From: Alphaproteobacteria bacterium
GTDB lineage: Bacteria > Pseudomonadota > Alphaproteobacteria > UBA2966
NCBI GenBank assembly: GCA_964291395.2
Contig: OZ219856.1
Location: 736,001 to 800,000, forward strand
Reading direction: 5' to 3'
Length of the DNA: 64,000 nucleotides
This document shows, in pieces, positions 1-10,550 of the stretch. Every line of letters begins with the position of its first letter. The stretch's first letter is position 1. A program made the position numbers and the translations under genes. The notes below the pieces were generated by a model, which had not been told where the DNA came from, did not search any database, and saw nothing but the letters and a program-made list of their open reading frames with translations.

Positions 1-541
1 CCCGGGCGGCCGCGACGCACAGGTGTCCGCCAACGAATACGAGCGCGAGGCCGACCGCGAACGTGAAGGGTTTGACGTCCGAGAGCCACGTCAATCGGAT
101 GAACGGCCCGATCAGGGCACCCGACGCGCCGCCGACGCAGACCCACAGGGCGAAATCGAGGTTCCACTGCCTGTTGCGCCGGAACCCGAACAACGCGCCA
201 AGCGGGTTGAACAGGGTCAGGATCTGAGTGGTCGGAGAGACGGCCGGGCCCGAAAACTGCAACACCGACATCGTGTAGGGGAGGGCGAAGATTCCCGATG
301 CCTCGCCGACGAGAGCGAGCGTGTAGCCGGTCCACGCCCCCATCCACACGAGGTGCCAGATAGGGACCCGCACACCGGCGATGGGAAACTCGACGTCTCC
401 TCCGGGGAGCGTTCCGTGCTGCAGGTATGCGGCCGCGAGGCCCGCCGTCAACGTCAATGCGATGAGCGGAAGCTGCTCGGCGAAGAACTCGCGCGCGACC
501 GAGACCTGGCTTCCGCCGGGATTTGACTCCTTTCCGGTCAA
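1..541 (-). CDS. Sulfite exporter TauE/SafE-like membrane protein, partial (runs off window start)
   Basis: Minus-strand frame read by hand from TTG 541: ...GAWTGYTLALVGEASGIFALPY...NPLGALFGFRRNRQWNLDFALWVCVGGASGALIGPF; multi-TM, TauE-like. Not in the ORF track because there is no stop inside the window. Confidence 0.6.
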   Translation of the reverse strand, partial: MTGKESNPGGSQVSVAREFFAEQLPLIALTLTAGLAAAYLQHGTLPGGDVEFPIAGVRVPIWHLVWMGAWTGYTLALVGEASGIFALPYTMSVLQFSGPAVSPTTQILTLFNPLGALFGFRRNRQWNLDFALWVCVGGASGALIGPFIRLTWLSDVKPFTFAVGLALVFVGGHLCVAAAR

Positions 542-730
542 AGTGATCGTTTCTCAACCACGAGGATCACGGAAACCACCGAGGGACCGCGGCGGTATGC
601 CGGGGCGAGCCTCGGTGACGTTAGTCCCGCGGCGGCATTTGGGTCCGCTCATCGGACTCTGACCTCGTTCAGGGCGTGTGAAACGGTGGGGCTTCGTTGT
701 TGCCTGTCGGGCAAGGTACTCTTGGCAGGG

Positions 731-778
731 ATGTCCGCCAAGTCCCGCCAAGTCCCGTCAAGTCTCGTCAAGGCACGC
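731..778 (+). repeat. 10-bp tandem repeat (AGTCCCGYCA, about 4.5 degenerate copies) upstream of dapA
   Basis: atgtccgcca agtcccgcca agtcccgtca agtctcgtca aggcacgc. Confidence 0.8.
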
Positions 779-884
779 ATCCCATGTCTGTCCGAACGAG
801 GTCGGGCCGGTTGTGGGCTCCCGCTTGCTGGGGCGCACAAGAATTTGTATTTTCGGAATCGATTGGAGCGCGAAGGAGAACGGG

Positions 885-1760
885 ATGTTCCAGGGATCAT
901 TTGTCGCGCTGATCACGCCGTTTCGTGACGGCGAGGTCGACGAACAGGCATTTCAATCGCTCGTTGAGTGGCATATCCGGGAGGGGACGCACGGTCTGGT
1001 ACCGTGCGGAACTACGGGTGAATCACCGACCTTGAGCCACGCCGAGCACAAACGAGTCGTCGAGCTTTGCATCGAGGCGGCGGCCGGACGCGTTCCCGTC
1101 ATTGCGGGTGCAGGTTCCAATTCGACCCGGGAAGCGATCGAATTGACGGAGCACGCGAAAGAGGCGGGGGCGGACGCGACGTTGCACGTCACGCCCTACT
1201 ACAACAAGCCGACGCAAGAGGGGCTGTACCATCACTTCAAGGCCATCGCCGACGCGGTCGACCTGCCGATGTTCATTTACAACATCCCGGGGCGTTCGGT
1301 CGTCAACATGTCAAACGACACCATGGCCCGACTGGCGGAGATGACCCAGATCGTCGGCGTCAAGGACGCTACGGCGGATATCGCACGGGTCAGCAGCCAG
1401 CGTCTGCTCATGGGTTCGGATTTCATTCAATTGTCGGGTGAAGATTCCACGGCACTCGCCTTGATGGCGCATGGGGGACACGGCTGCATCTCCGTGACCG
1501 CGAACCTCGCCCCGCGGGCCTGTGCGGAGTTCCAGTCGGCGTGTCTGGCAGGCGATTTCGGCACCGCGCTGGAGTACCAGGACCGCCTGATGCCGCTGCA
1601 TACCGCCCTGTTCCTGGAAACGAGTCCGGCACCCGTCAAGTACGGGGCCAGTCTGCTGGAGCTGTGTACCGGCGAGTTGCGGTCGCCGCTGGTCGAAGTT
1701 TCCGACGAGACGAAAGGGTCCGTCAAAACCGCCATGCGCGCGGCCGGTTTGCTCAATTGA
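885..1760 (+). CDS. dapA: 4-hydroxy-tetrahydrodipicolinate synthase
   Basis: [32 protein letters not shown] motifs; AAGGAG RBS before ATG 885. Confidence 0.97.
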   Translation: MFQGSFVALITPFRDGEVDEQAFQSLVEWHIREGTHGLVPCGTTGESPTLSHAEHKRVVELCIEAAAGRVPVIAGAGSNSTREAIELTEHAKEAGADATLHVTPYYNKPTQEGLYHHFKAIADAVDLPMFIYNIPGRSVVNMSNDTMARLAEMTQIVGVKDATADIARVSSQRLLMGSDFIQLSGEDSTALALMAHGGHGCISVTANLAPRACAEFQSACLAGDFGTALEYQDRLMPLHTALFLETSPAPVKYGASLLELCTGELRSPLVEVSDETKGSVKTAMRAAGLLN

Positions 1761-1764
1761 CCGG

Positions 1765-2238
1765 ATGGCGCGCTCGGCGGGCGGCGCGGGACGGGCAATC
1801 GCCGTCAACAGGAAAGCCCGCCGCAACTATTTCATAGACGACACGTTCGAAGCCGGCATCGTCCTGCAGGGCTCCGAGGTCAAGAGCATGCGTGCCGGCC
1901 GGAGCAGCATCGACGAGGCCTATGCCACCGAACGCAAGGGCGAGTTCTTTCTGATCAATGCCCACATTCCGGGGTATGCGGCCGCGAACCGACAAAACCA
2001 CGACCCGCGCCGCGCCCGCAAGCTGCTGCTGCACAAGCGCGAGATCAGGCGGCTCGCGGGCGCCATTCAGCGGGAAGGGATGACGCTGGTTCCGCTCTCC
2101 CTCTACTTCAATGATCAGGGCCGGGCCAAGGTGGAGCTGGGTCTCGCCCACGGCAAGCGTAAGTACGACAAGCGCGCGGCGGAGCGCGATCGCGACTGGA
2201 GCCGGCAGAAAGCGCGACTGCTGCGGGACAAGGGATAG
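1765..2238 (+). CDS. smpB: SsrA-binding protein
   Basis: NRKARRNY...[13 protein letters not shown]...[10 protein letters not shown]...GKRKYDKR. Confidence 0.97.
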   Translation: MARSAGGAGRAIAVNRKARRNYFIDDTFEAGIVLQGSEVKSMRAGRSSIDEAYATERKGEFFLINAHIPGYAAANRQNHDPRRARKLLLHKREIRRLAGAIQREGMTLVPLSLYFNDQGRAKVELGLAHGKRKYDKRAAERDRDWSRQKARLLRDKG

Positions 2239-2320
2239 CCACCTGGACGGTGCGGTTCCGCTGCGGCAAGTACGTCGCATGCGGACGTGGCGGTCCGACC
2301 CCGGTCGAACCGGAACCGGG

Positions 2321-2977
2321 TTAGCCGGCGTCCGGCGAGTCCCCGAGCCGCGCCTTCACGGCCGCGAACACATCCCGGAACATCGCCTCCGTCAGCCGAC
2401 CGGTATTCACGTTGTAGCGGGAGCAGTGATAGCTGTCCGCGAGCACGAGCGACTCTCGCAACCGGTGGAAAGCGCCGTGCCGGAACGGAAACAGTTTCCG
2501 CCGGATGTCCAGCGCGTCGAGAACGGCGGAGTGGGCGACGGTTCCGAGCGCAACGATCGCCCGAACTTTCTTCAGGGCCGCGAGTTCCGAAACGAGGAAC
2601 GGGCGGCAGGCCCCGATTTCCGAACCGACGGGGCGGTTCCGAGGCGGTACGCATCGAACGGCGTTCGTGATCCGGCAACCCACGAGACGAAATCGGTCCC
2701 TGGCGTTCTCGGAGTAGCGGCCGTGGGCCCAGCCGAATTCCCGGAGCGTCGGATACAGGAGCGCCCCGGCGGCATCACCTGTGAAGGGGCGCCCCGTCCG
2801 ATTGGCGCCCCGCAGGCCGGGCGCCAGCCCGACGACCAGGAGTTCCGCGTCCTCGCCCCCGAAAGAGGGCACGGGCGCGTTGTGCCAACCTGGCTCGGAC
2901 GTCCTGTTGTTCTCGCGGAAATCCACGAGGCGGGGGCAGAGGGGGCAGTTCCTGTCGGGCTCCAGCGGTACGGCCAT
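2321..2977 (-). CDS. Uracil-DNA glycosylase (family 4/5, Fe-S type)
   Basis: CPLCPRL, GLAPGLRGANRTGRPFTGD, YHCSRYN. Confidence 0.92.
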   Translation of the reverse strand: MAVPLEPDRNCPLCPRLVDFRENNRTSEPGWHNAPVPSFGGEDAELLVVGLAPGLRGANRTGRPFTGDAAGALLYPTLREFGWAHGRYSENARDRFRLVGCRITNAVRCVPPRNRPVGSEIGACRPFLVSELAALKKVRAIVALGTVAHSAVLDALDIRRKLFPFRHGAFHRLRESLVLADSYHCSRYNVNTGRLTEAMFRDVFAAVKARLGDSPDAG

Positions 2978-3054
2978 GGCGGACGGCGAGCTACGGACCG
3001 GAGAGCCGGACCGGGAGTCGGAGCGCAGCGCCCGGCGGGGAGGAATTGTTCAGG

Positions 3055-3681
3055 TCAGGCGAAGCGGCGGACGTCGTCGTCCAAGGCAATCTCGCGCCTG
3101 AGATCGTCCTCCTCTTCGATGTCGTCCGCGGGAGGCTCTTCACGTTGCATACGGACATCCCGCTCGATAAGCGCTTGAATGTCGCAAAGGTCGATGAAGT
3201 GATCGGCCTGACGGCGAAGCTCGTCAGCCACCATGGGAGGGCTTGATTCGACCGTGCTGACCACGGTGACCCGCGTGCCTTTACGCTGCACCGCGTCGAC
3301 GAGACGCCGAAAGTCGCCATCGCCGGAGAACAGCACGACATGGTCCACGTGCGGCGCCATCTCCATGAGGTCGACAGCGAGCTCAATATCCATATTTCCC
3401 TTGATTTTGCGCCGCCCCGAGGCATCCGTGAACTCTTTCGTCGGCTTGGTGACCAAAGTGAAGCCGTTGTAATCGAGCCAGTCGACCAAAGGCCGGATGG
3501 GCGAATACTCCTGGTCCTCGATCAACGCCGTGTAGTAGAACGCGCGAATGACGCGGGCCTGGGAGGAGAAATGCTCCCGAAGCCGCTTGTAATCGATATC
3601 GAAGTTCAAGGTACGGGCGGCGGAATACAGGTTGGCGCCGTCGATGAACAGCGCGATACGCTCATTCGGATAAAAGGTCAT
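3055..3681 (-). CDS. NYN domain (LabA/DUF88) protein
   Basis: FIDGANLY, KGNMDIELAVD, FSGDGDF; conserved position next to folK. Confidence 0.92.
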   Translation of the reverse strand: MTFYPNERIALFIDGANLYSAARTLNFDIDYKRLREHFSSQARVIRAFYYTALIEDQEYSPIRPLVDWLDYNGFTLVTKPTKEFTDASGRRKIKGNMDIELAVDLMEMAPHVDHVVLFSGDGDFRRLVDAVQRKGTRVTVVSTVESSPPMVADELRRQADHFIDLCDIQALIERDVRMQREEPPADDIEEEDDLRREIALDDDVRRFA

Positions 3682-3873
3682 CTCTCAAAATTCCCACGAA
3701 ATCAATTGTTCCAAGAAAAGGGGTCTCGACAGGCACAAACCGCGAAAGTTCCGCCCCTGGGCCAAGCTGCGGACCCCATCGCACAGGGCGCGACGTTATC
3801 GGCGCCCGGACTGACCCGGGCCCGGAATAGGATTTAGCACACAAGGTCTTGAGGGCAAGGGGATACCGCCTGG

Positions 3874-4401
3874 ATGCACGACAAAGTGATCCTGATCGGT
3901 TTGGGCGCCAACCTGCCGGGTCCCGCCGGTGCGACACCCTTGGAAACGCTGGAGGCCGTGCTGGAAGACCTTGATAAACGGGGCGTTCGCGTCAGCCGGC
4001 GCTCGCGATGGTACCGCAGCGCGCCGGTGCCGAAGTCGGACCAGCCCTGGTTCATCAACGGCGTGGCCGTCGTCGAGTTCGACGACGCACCCGGGAACCT
4101 TCTCCGGATCCTTCGGCAGGTCGAGGACAAGTTCGGCAGGGTTCGGCGAGTCCGCAACGAGGCGCGTGTCATCGATCTGGACATCCTGGCCTTTGGCGAC
4201 ATGGTCGAGACTTCGGGCACCGGAGACCGCGCCGAGGGGTCGCTCGAGCTGCCCCATCCCGAGCTTCAAAATCGCGCGTTCGTGCTCCGGCCAATGGCGG
4301 AGGTCGTGCCGGATTGGCGCCATCCCGTCAGCGGGCGAACCCTCGACGACTTGATTGCCGGTCTGCCGCCCGATCAGTTGGTGGAACCGCTGGACGAGTG
4401 A
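3874..4401 (+). CDS. folK: 2-amino-4-hydroxy-6-hydroxymethyldihydropteridine diphosphokinase
   Basis: IGLGANL, QPWFING, RVIDLDIL, LPHP..RAFVL. Confidence 0.96.
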   Translation: MHDKVILIGLGANLPGPAGATPLETLEAVLEDLDKRGVRVSRRSRWYRSAPVPKSDQPWFINGVAVVEFDDAPGNLLRILRQVEDKFGRVRRVRNEARVIDLDILAFGDMVETSGTGDRAEGSLELPHPELQNRAFVLRPMAEVVPDWRHPVSGRTLDDLIAGLPPDQLVEPLDE

Positions 4402-4503
4402 CGTGGCGCAACCGCGGCGACGCAAGGCTCGGCCGTGCCCTTGCTTTGGCGAGTCATTGCGAATATGTATTGACTGGATATCTGGGACTTTCGGAGTTGA
4501 GCC

Positions 4504-4908
4504 ATGGCTCGCGTTACCGTCGAGGATTGTATCGACAAGGTTACGAACCGATTCGATCTGGTTCTTCTGGCCGGACAGCGGTCCCGCCAGATTTCCGCCG
4601 GTGAGGAACCGACGGTCGATCGCGACAACGACAAAAATCCCGTCGTTGCGTTGCGCGAGATCGCCGATACGACGATCGAAAACGAGGAACTTCGCGAGTC
4701 GCTCATTCGAAGCATGCAGCGGCATGTCGAACACGATGAGCCCGAAGAAGACGACATGGCTTTGCTCATGGCAGGTCAAGAGTGGTCCGCCGCCACGGGC
4801 TCGGGCGACGACCAAGGCGCGGCAGATGCCAGCGAGGAAGAAACCGTCGACGCCGAAGGGGCGGAGCCGGGTGATAGCGATGCCACCGGCGAACCGGAAG
4901 AGGCGTGA
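4504..4908 (+). CDS. rpoZ: RNA polymerase omega subunit
   Basis: [30 protein letters not shown]. Confidence 0.97.
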   Translation: MARVTVEDCIDKVTNRFDLVLLAGQRSRQISAGEEPTVDRDNDKNPVVALREIADTTIENEELRESLIRSMQRHVEHDEPEEDDMALLMAGQEWSAATGSGDDQGAADASEEETVDAEGAEPGDSDATGEPEEA

Positions 4909-5022
4909 TCGAGCGCTCGATCTGAAATCGGCGCACGATCAGATTATCCACGATCGGCTGCGCCCTTCGTTTTCGGATAGTTGGAAGTTTCCTGAGCGGT
5001 GGTGGGAACCGCCGGGCAAGCC

Positions 5023-7173
5023 ATGATGGAGCAGGTCGAACTCCTCGAACGGGTGCGCGCGTACGACCCACACGCGAGCGAGGATTTGCTGAGCCGCGCC
5101 TATGATTTCTCCGTCGCGGCGCACGGGAGCCAAACTCGCGAGTCGGGGGATCCCTACTATCTGCACCCGGTGGCGGTCGCGGGTATCCTCACCGACATGA
5201 AGCTCGACGCGGACACGATCGCCACGGCGCTTCTTCACGATACGGTGGAAGATACGCTGGCCACGCTCGAACAGATCGAAGGGCAGTTCGGCGCCGACAT
5301 CGCGCGCCTTGTCGACGGCGTAACCAAACTGTCCCTGATCGAGATGCCGCACACGGAAGAGACTCGGCAAGCCGAGAACTTTCGAAAGCTCGTGCTGGCC
5401 ATGTCGAACGACATCCGCGTGCTGCTGGTAAAGCTGGCGGACCGCCTCCACAACATGCGCACCCTGAAGTTCGTCAAGAGCGGCGGGAAGCGGCGGCGTA
5501 TCGCCTTGGAGACGATGGAGATCTACGCTCCGCTCGCCGAGCGGATCGGCATGCATCACATGAAGGACGAACTCGAGGACCTCGCCTTCGCCGAACTCCG
5601 GCCCGAGGCCCGGGAGACGGTCCTGTCGCGCCTCAAGTTCCTGCGAGAGCAGGGCAGCGATTTGGTGCCGCGCATCACGGAGCAGATGCAGGAGACCCTG
5701 GAGGCGGCATCCATCAGAGCGTCGGTGACGGGCCGCGAAAAGCGTCCCTATTCCATCTGGCACAAGATGGAGAGGGATAACGTCAGCTTCGAGCAGCTCT
5801 CCGATATCATGGCGTTTCGGATCGTGGTCGGGAAGGCCGAGGACTGTTATCGGGCTCTTGGTGTCGTTCATGCCCGCTATCCGATGGTACCGGGCCGATT
5901 CAAGGATTACATCTCGACACCGAAGCGGAACAACTATCGCTCGCTTCACACGGCGGTCATCGGTCCGGAGCAAAACCGGGTCGAGATTCAAATCCGTACG
6001 CAGGAGATGCACCAGATCGCGGAATACGGCGTTGCCGCGCATTGGCAATATAAACAGCACGCGGACCATATCGACGGAAATCAATACCGATGGCTCAGGG
6101 AGCTGCGGGAAATTCTCGAGAACGCGTCCAATCCGCAGGAGTTCCTCGAGCACACCAAGCTCGAAATGTTCTCCGATCAGGTATTCTGCTTTTCACCCAA
6201 GGGTGAGCTGATCGCCTTGCCGAGTGGCGCGACGCCCGTCGATTTCGCTTACGCCGTGCACACGGACGTGGGCGACACCTGCGTCGGCGCGCGAATCAAC
6301 GGCAAGTTGGCCCCGTTGCGCTCTCAGCTCAAGAATGGCGATCAGGTTGAGATACTGCGCTCCGCCGATCCGTCGCCGTCCCCCATCTGGGAGAATTTCG
6401 TCATCACCGGAAAGGCTCGCTCGGCGGTCAGGCGGTTCGTGCGAAAACAGCAGCGCTCGCAATACCGGGAGCTCGGCCGCGCCATCGTGAAAAAGGCGGT
6501 TCGCGAGACCAATCGGCGACTGACCAATGAGACCATGAGGCGCGCGCTCAAGTCGCTCGGCCGGAGATCCCTCGAAGACCTGTACATCGCGGTGGGCAGT
6601 GGCGACATCGACAAGGCGACGGTCATCAATGCGATCTACCCCGACCCGACGGTTCGCCAACGGGCGGGTAAGATCCTCTCCCGGATGCGGCCCCGGATCG
6701 GTTCGGCCAAAGACCGGACCGATCCCGTGCCCATACGGGGCTTGATGTCGGGAGTTGCCGTGCACATGGCCGGGTGCTGCCATCCGCTCCCCGGGGAACG
6801 CATCATCGGCATTCTGACCGCCGGCAAAGGCGTGACCGTGCATACGATCGACTGCGAAGCACTGGAACAGTTCAACGACGTGCCCGAGAGATGGCTGGAC
6901 GTCTCTTGGGATGCGAACACGTATCCGCATCAGATGCATGTGGGACGGATCGAAACGGTGCTGTCGAATACGCCGGGAAGTCTCTCGCGGCTGACGACGG
7001 TCATCGCCGACCATCGTGCCAATATCTCGAACCTCAAGATTACGGATCGATCATCCGATTTTTATGAGTTTCTCGTCGATATCGAGGTCAAGGACGTCGC
7101 CCATCTGACCGGTATTCTCGCGGCGCTGCGCGCCGAATCGGCGATCAACTCGGTTGAACGGGTGCGCGGATGA
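5023..7173 (+). CDS. spoT: Bifunctional (p)ppGpp synthetase/hydrolase RelA/SpoT
   Basis: HD (LLHDTVED), KLADRLHNMRT, synthetase, TGS and ACT domains. Confidence 0.97.
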   Translation: MMEQVELLERVRAYDPHASEDLLSRAYDFSVAAHGSQTRESGDPYYLHPVAVAGILTDMKLDADTIATALLHDTVEDTLATLEQIEGQFGADIARLVDGVTKLSLIEMPHTEETRQAENFRKLVLAMSNDIRVLLVKLADRLHNMRTLKFVKSGGKRRRIALETMEIYAPLAERIGMHHMKDELEDLAFAELRPEARETVLSRLKFLREQGSDLVPRITEQMQETLEAASIRASVTGREKRPYSIWHKMERDNVSFEQLSDIMAFRIVVGKAEDCYRALGVVHARYPMVPGRFKDYISTPKRNNYRSLHTAVIGPEQNRVEIQIRTQEMHQIAEYGVAAHWQYKQHADHIDGNQYRWLRELREILENASNPQEFLEHTKLEMFSDQVFCFSPKGELIALPSGATPVDFAYAVHTDVGDTCVGARINGKLAPLRSQLKNGDQVEILRSADPSPSPIWENFVITGKARSAVRRFVRKQQRSQYRELGRAIVKKAVRETNRRLTNETMRRALKSLGRRSLEDLYIAVGSGDIDKATVINAIYPDPTVRQRAGKILSRMRPRIGSAKDRTDPVPIRGLMSGVAVHMAGCCHPLPGERIIGILTAGKGVTVHTIDCEALEQFNDVPERWLDVSWDANTYPHQMHVGRIETVLSNTPGSLSRLTTVIADHRANISNLKITDRSSDFYEFLVDIEVKDVAHLTGILAALRAESAINSVERVRG

Positions 7174-7246
7174 GGTTTGGAGTTCGCTCGGTGGGTCTTT
7201 GGGGGACCGGTAACATCCCGAATTCAATGGTGACGCAGGCGAATCG

Positions 7247-7825
7247 ATGTTTCGTCGCCGGGTGAGCATGACCTACCTGCAGCGGGCGCGAGAGTTCCTG
7301 TGGCCGCGCATGGGGTGGTTCCGGGTCGGCACCTACCTTCGCCACCGCGTCGGGCGACTCACGGGATCGCCGTATTCGATCGCGGCCGGGCTTGCCTGCG
7401 GTGCCGCCATTTCGTTCACGCCCTTCATCGGCCTTCATTTTGTGTTCGCCGCCCTTGTCGCATGGTTGATCGGCGCCAACGTCATCGCCTCCGCCATCGG
7501 GACGGCCGTCGGCAACCCCTGGACGTTCCCGTTCATCTGGTGGGGCACGCTTCGCCTCGGGGAGCTGATCCTGGGGTCGTCGCGTCTGACCGATGTGCCG
7601 CGGCAGATCAGCCTTCAGTACATCTTCGATCATCCCTTCGCGGTCTTGCTGCCGATGTCCGTCGGTGGCGTGCTCTGCGCCGTCGCGGTGTGGATCGTCG
7701 TCTTTTTTTCCACTCACTACTTTGTCGAACGGTACCAGCGTCTTCGGTCCGAGCGCTTGCGTCGCCGACGGAAGGGAACGTCCCCCGTCTCCGGCCCCGG
7801 CGCCGGGAGAGGGCTGGTTCCGTGA
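7247..7825 (+). CDS. DUF2062 membrane protein
   Basis: SPYSIAAGLACG..SFTPFIGLH..GNPWT; usual position between spoT and pdxJ. Confidence 0.85.
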   Translation: MFRRRVSMTYLQRAREFLWPRMGWFRVGTYLRHRVGRLTGSPYSIAAGLACGAAISFTPFIGLHFVFAALVAWLIGANVIASAIGTAVGNPWTFPFIWWGTLRLGELILGSSRLTDVPRQISLQYIFDHPFAVLLPMSVGGVLCAVAVWIVVFFSTHYFVERYQRLRSERLRRRRKGTSPVSGPGAGRGLVP

Positions 7826-8559
7826 GTACGGGTCCGAGGTTGGGCGTGAATGTCGATCATGTCGCGACTGTCCGGAACGCGAGGGGCATTGACCATCCGG
7901 ATCCCGTCAGGGCGGCCCATCTCGCCGCCAAGGCCGGCGCCGACGGTATTACCGCCCATCTCAGAGAGGATCGGAGACACATCCGGGACGATGACATCGC
8001 TCGGCTGAGCGAGGAACTCGACGTGCCGCTGAATCTCGAAATGGCGGCAACCGACGAAATGGTTGCCGTCGCCCTGAAGTTTCGGCCCCATGCCGCGTGT
8101 ATCGTTCCCGAGAAACGGGAGGAGTTGACGACCGAAGGTGGTCTCGACGTGGTGGGCTCGAGCGATCGCCTTGGGGCGATCGTTCCACGGCTGTTGGAGG
8201 CGGGTTGCCGCGTGTCGCTGTTCGTCGATCCGGACAGGCGGCAACTCGACGCGGCGGTCGCGGTCGATGCGCCCGTGGTCGAGCTGCACACGGGAACGTA
8301 CTGCGAGGCCGCGGGTTCCGAGCGCGAAGCTGAGCTGTGGCGACTGAAGGACGCCGCGGCGCATGCCGAGGAGATCGGTCTCGAATGTCATGCAGGCCAC
8401 GGGTTGAGTTTCGAGACCGTGGGCGCCGTCGCCGCCATCCCAACCATCGCGGAGCTCAATATCGGTCACTTTCTCATGGGGGAAGCCATGTTCAGAGGAC
8501 TGGAAGGCGCGATTCGCCACATGCGTGTGCTCATGGACGAGGCGAGGGCCTCGTCGTAA
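7822..8559 (+). CDS. pdxJ: Pyridoxine 5'-phosphate synthase
   Basis: LGVNVDHVATVRNAR, HLREDRRHI, HAGHGL, ELNIGH; GTG start overlaps upstream stop. Confidence 0.97.
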   Translation: MSTGPRLGVNVDHVATVRNARGIDHPDPVRAAHLAAKAGADGITAHLREDRRHIRDDDIARLSEELDVPLNLEMAATDEMVAVALKFRPHAACIVPEKREELTTEGGLDVVGSSDRLGAIVPRLLEAGCRVSLFVDPDRRQLDAAVAVDAPVVELHTGTYCEAAGSEREAELWRLKDAAAHAEEIGLECHAGHGLSFETVGAVAAIPTIAELNIGHFLMGEAMFRGLEGAIRHMRVLMDEARASS

Positions 8560-8574
8560 CGGGGGAACAGTGTC

Positions 8575-8985
8575 TTGAAGGTGATCGGGATGGGCAGCGA
8601 CCTCATCGACATCCGGCGCATCGAGAGAACCCTCGACCGCTTCGGAGAGCGCTTCGTCAAACGGCTTTTCACCGAATTCGAGCGCTCGAAATCGGAAGGC
8701 CACGCGGACCGGGCGGCCTCGTATGCACGCCGGTTTGCCGCCAAGGAAGCTTGTGCCAAAGCACTCGGGACCGGGTTTCGGCAGGGCGTCTACTGGCGCG
8801 ACCTGGGGGTTTACAACCTTCCCTCCGGCAAGCCCATGCTCGAACTTACCGGAGGCGCCCGGACCCGGCTCGAAGAACTCACGCCGGACGGCATGCGCGC
8901 GGATATCGAGCTTACGCTCACGGACGAGCCCCCACTCGCTCAGGCGATCGTCCTGATCTCCGCTCTCCCGGTCGAGGCCCCGTGA
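8575..8985 (+). CDS. acpS: Holo-ACP synthase
   Basis: [27 protein letters not shown]. Confidence 0.96.
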   Translation: MKVIGMGSDLIDIRRIERTLDRFGERFVKRLFTEFERSKSEGHADRAASYARRFAAKEACAKALGTGFRQGVYWRDLGVYNLPSGKPMLELTGGARTRLEELTPDGMRADIELTLTDEPPLAQAIVLISALPVEAP

Positions 8986-9055
8986 TCGGCCACATGTTCC
9001 GCACTGGTGGCGGTCGGCTCGTTTCCGGACTCTGGGAATCGCCAGTTCTCTTACG

Positions 9056-9826
9056 ATGTCACGGGCGGGAAGCACGCCGGTGAGCGGAGAGAAAGCGAAA
9101 GGCGGAATCGGCGAGACGGTCCGCACGATCATCTATGCCGTGTTGATCGCAGGAGTCATACGGACGCTCGCCTTCGAGCCGTTCAACATTCCATCGGAAT
9201 CGATGCTTCCCACCCTGTTGGTCGGGGACTACCTGTTCGTTTCCAAGTACGCCTACGGGTACAGCAGGCATTCGTTGCCGTGGAGCCCGCCGCTATTTTC
9301 AGGTCGGATCGCCGACTCCACACCCGAGCGTGGAGACATCGCGGTGTTCAAGCTCCCGCGGGACAATGCCACGGATTACATCAAGCGGATCATCGGATTG
9401 CCCGGCGACCGGATTCAAATGAGGGAAGGCCGGCTGTATCTGAACGGCGAACTTGTGGCGCGAACGCGCATCGGTGACTTCGCCTACGCCGACGGCTTCG
9501 GGAACGTCTACTTCGTGCCTCAATACGAAGAGAGGTTGCCCAATGGAGCCACCTACAAGACCTTGGATCTGCTGCGAAATAGTGTCCACGACGACACCGA
9601 GGAATACTTGGTGCCGCCGGGCCACTACTTCACGATGGGCGACAATCGCGACAATTCCCTGGATAGCCGGGTCGAATCGGCCGTGGGATTGGTCCCGGCG
9701 GAGAACCTCGTCGGCCGGGCGGAGATTCTGTTTTTCTCCACAGACGGTTCCGCGCGGTGGTGGGAGGTCTGGAACTGGCCGTTCGCCGTCAGGTACTCGC
9801 GTCTGTTCGACGGCCTCCGAAGCTAG
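9056..9826 (+). CDS. lepB: Signal peptidase I
   Basis: IPSESMLPTL, DYIKRIIGLPGD, GDNRDNSLDSR. Confidence 0.97.
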   Translation: MSRAGSTPVSGEKAKGGIGETVRTIIYAVLIAGVIRTLAFEPFNIPSESMLPTLLVGDYLFVSKYAYGYSRHSLPWSPPLFSGRIADSTPERGDIAVFKLPRDNATDYIKRIIGLPGDRIQMREGRLYLNGELVARTRIGDFAYADGFGNVYFVPQYEERLPNGATYKTLDLLRNSVHDDTEEYLVPPGHYFTMGDNRDNSLDSRVESAVGLVPAENLVGRAEILFFSTDGSARWWEVWNWPFAVRYSRLFDGLRS

Positions 9827-9832
9827 GCCGGC

Positions 9833-10546
9833 ATGCCGCCATCTCGCACCGGGCTCGGCAGGTTACTCGGTCACGAGTTCAAACGGACCAAACTGCTCGA
9901 CGAAGCCTTGACGCACCCGAGCGCCGTCAAGGGTGGCCGCCGGTCCGGTCGACGTCGACGCGACTACGAGCGCCTGGAATTCCTTGGAGACCGGGTCCTG
10001 GGCCTTGTCATCGCCGACGAACTGCTCGCGCGCTTCGAAGATGCAGACGCGGGACAACTCGCGCATCGGTACAATGCATTGGTAAGACGGGAGACCCTGG
10101 CCGGTGTTGCTCGGGAAATGAATCTCGGTGCTTATTTGGACCTAGCCAAGGGCGAACGCGGCGCGGGCGGCGCGGACAAGCCGGCCATCTTGGCGAATGC
10201 CTGCGAAGCCATCATCGGCGCCCTGTACCTCGATGGCGGCTTGGAAGCGGCGGCTCAATTCATTCATCGTTACTGGGACGACAAGGCCGATGCGCTCGTC
10301 CGGGCACCGAAGGACGCCAAGACGCAGTTGCAGGAGTGGGCCCACTCCATGGGTCTGGAGCCGCCCACCTACAACCTCGTCACTCGCGAAGGCGCTGCCC
10401 ACGACCCGACGTTCACGATCGAAGCGTCCGTGCAAGGGCATTCGGTGCGATGGGGACGAGGCAGCTCGAAGCGCGATGCGGAGCAGGTTGCCGCGGCTGC
10501 GCTGCTCGCGGAAATCGAGCGCCATGCGCTCTCGAACGGCGATTGA
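9833..10546 (+). CDS. rnc: Ribonuclease III
   Basis: ERLEFLGDRVL signature plus dsRBD. Confidence 0.97.
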   Translation: MPPSRTGLGRLLGHEFKRTKLLDEALTHPSAVKGGRRSGRRRRDYERLEFLGDRVLGLVIADELLARFEDADAGQLAHRYNALVRRETLAGVAREMNLGAYLDLAKGERGAGGADKPAILANACEAIIGALYLDGGLEAAAQFIHRYWDDKADALVRAPKDAKTQLQEWAHSMGLEPPTYNLVTREGAAHDPTFTIEASVQGHSVRWGRGSSKRDAEQVAAAALLAEIERHALSNGD

Positions 10547-10550
10547 CGAC

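Noticed and set aside
1765-2320. tmRNA or tRNA near smpB or at the phage ends
   Set aside because: No recognisable RNA gene motifs and too little intergenic space.
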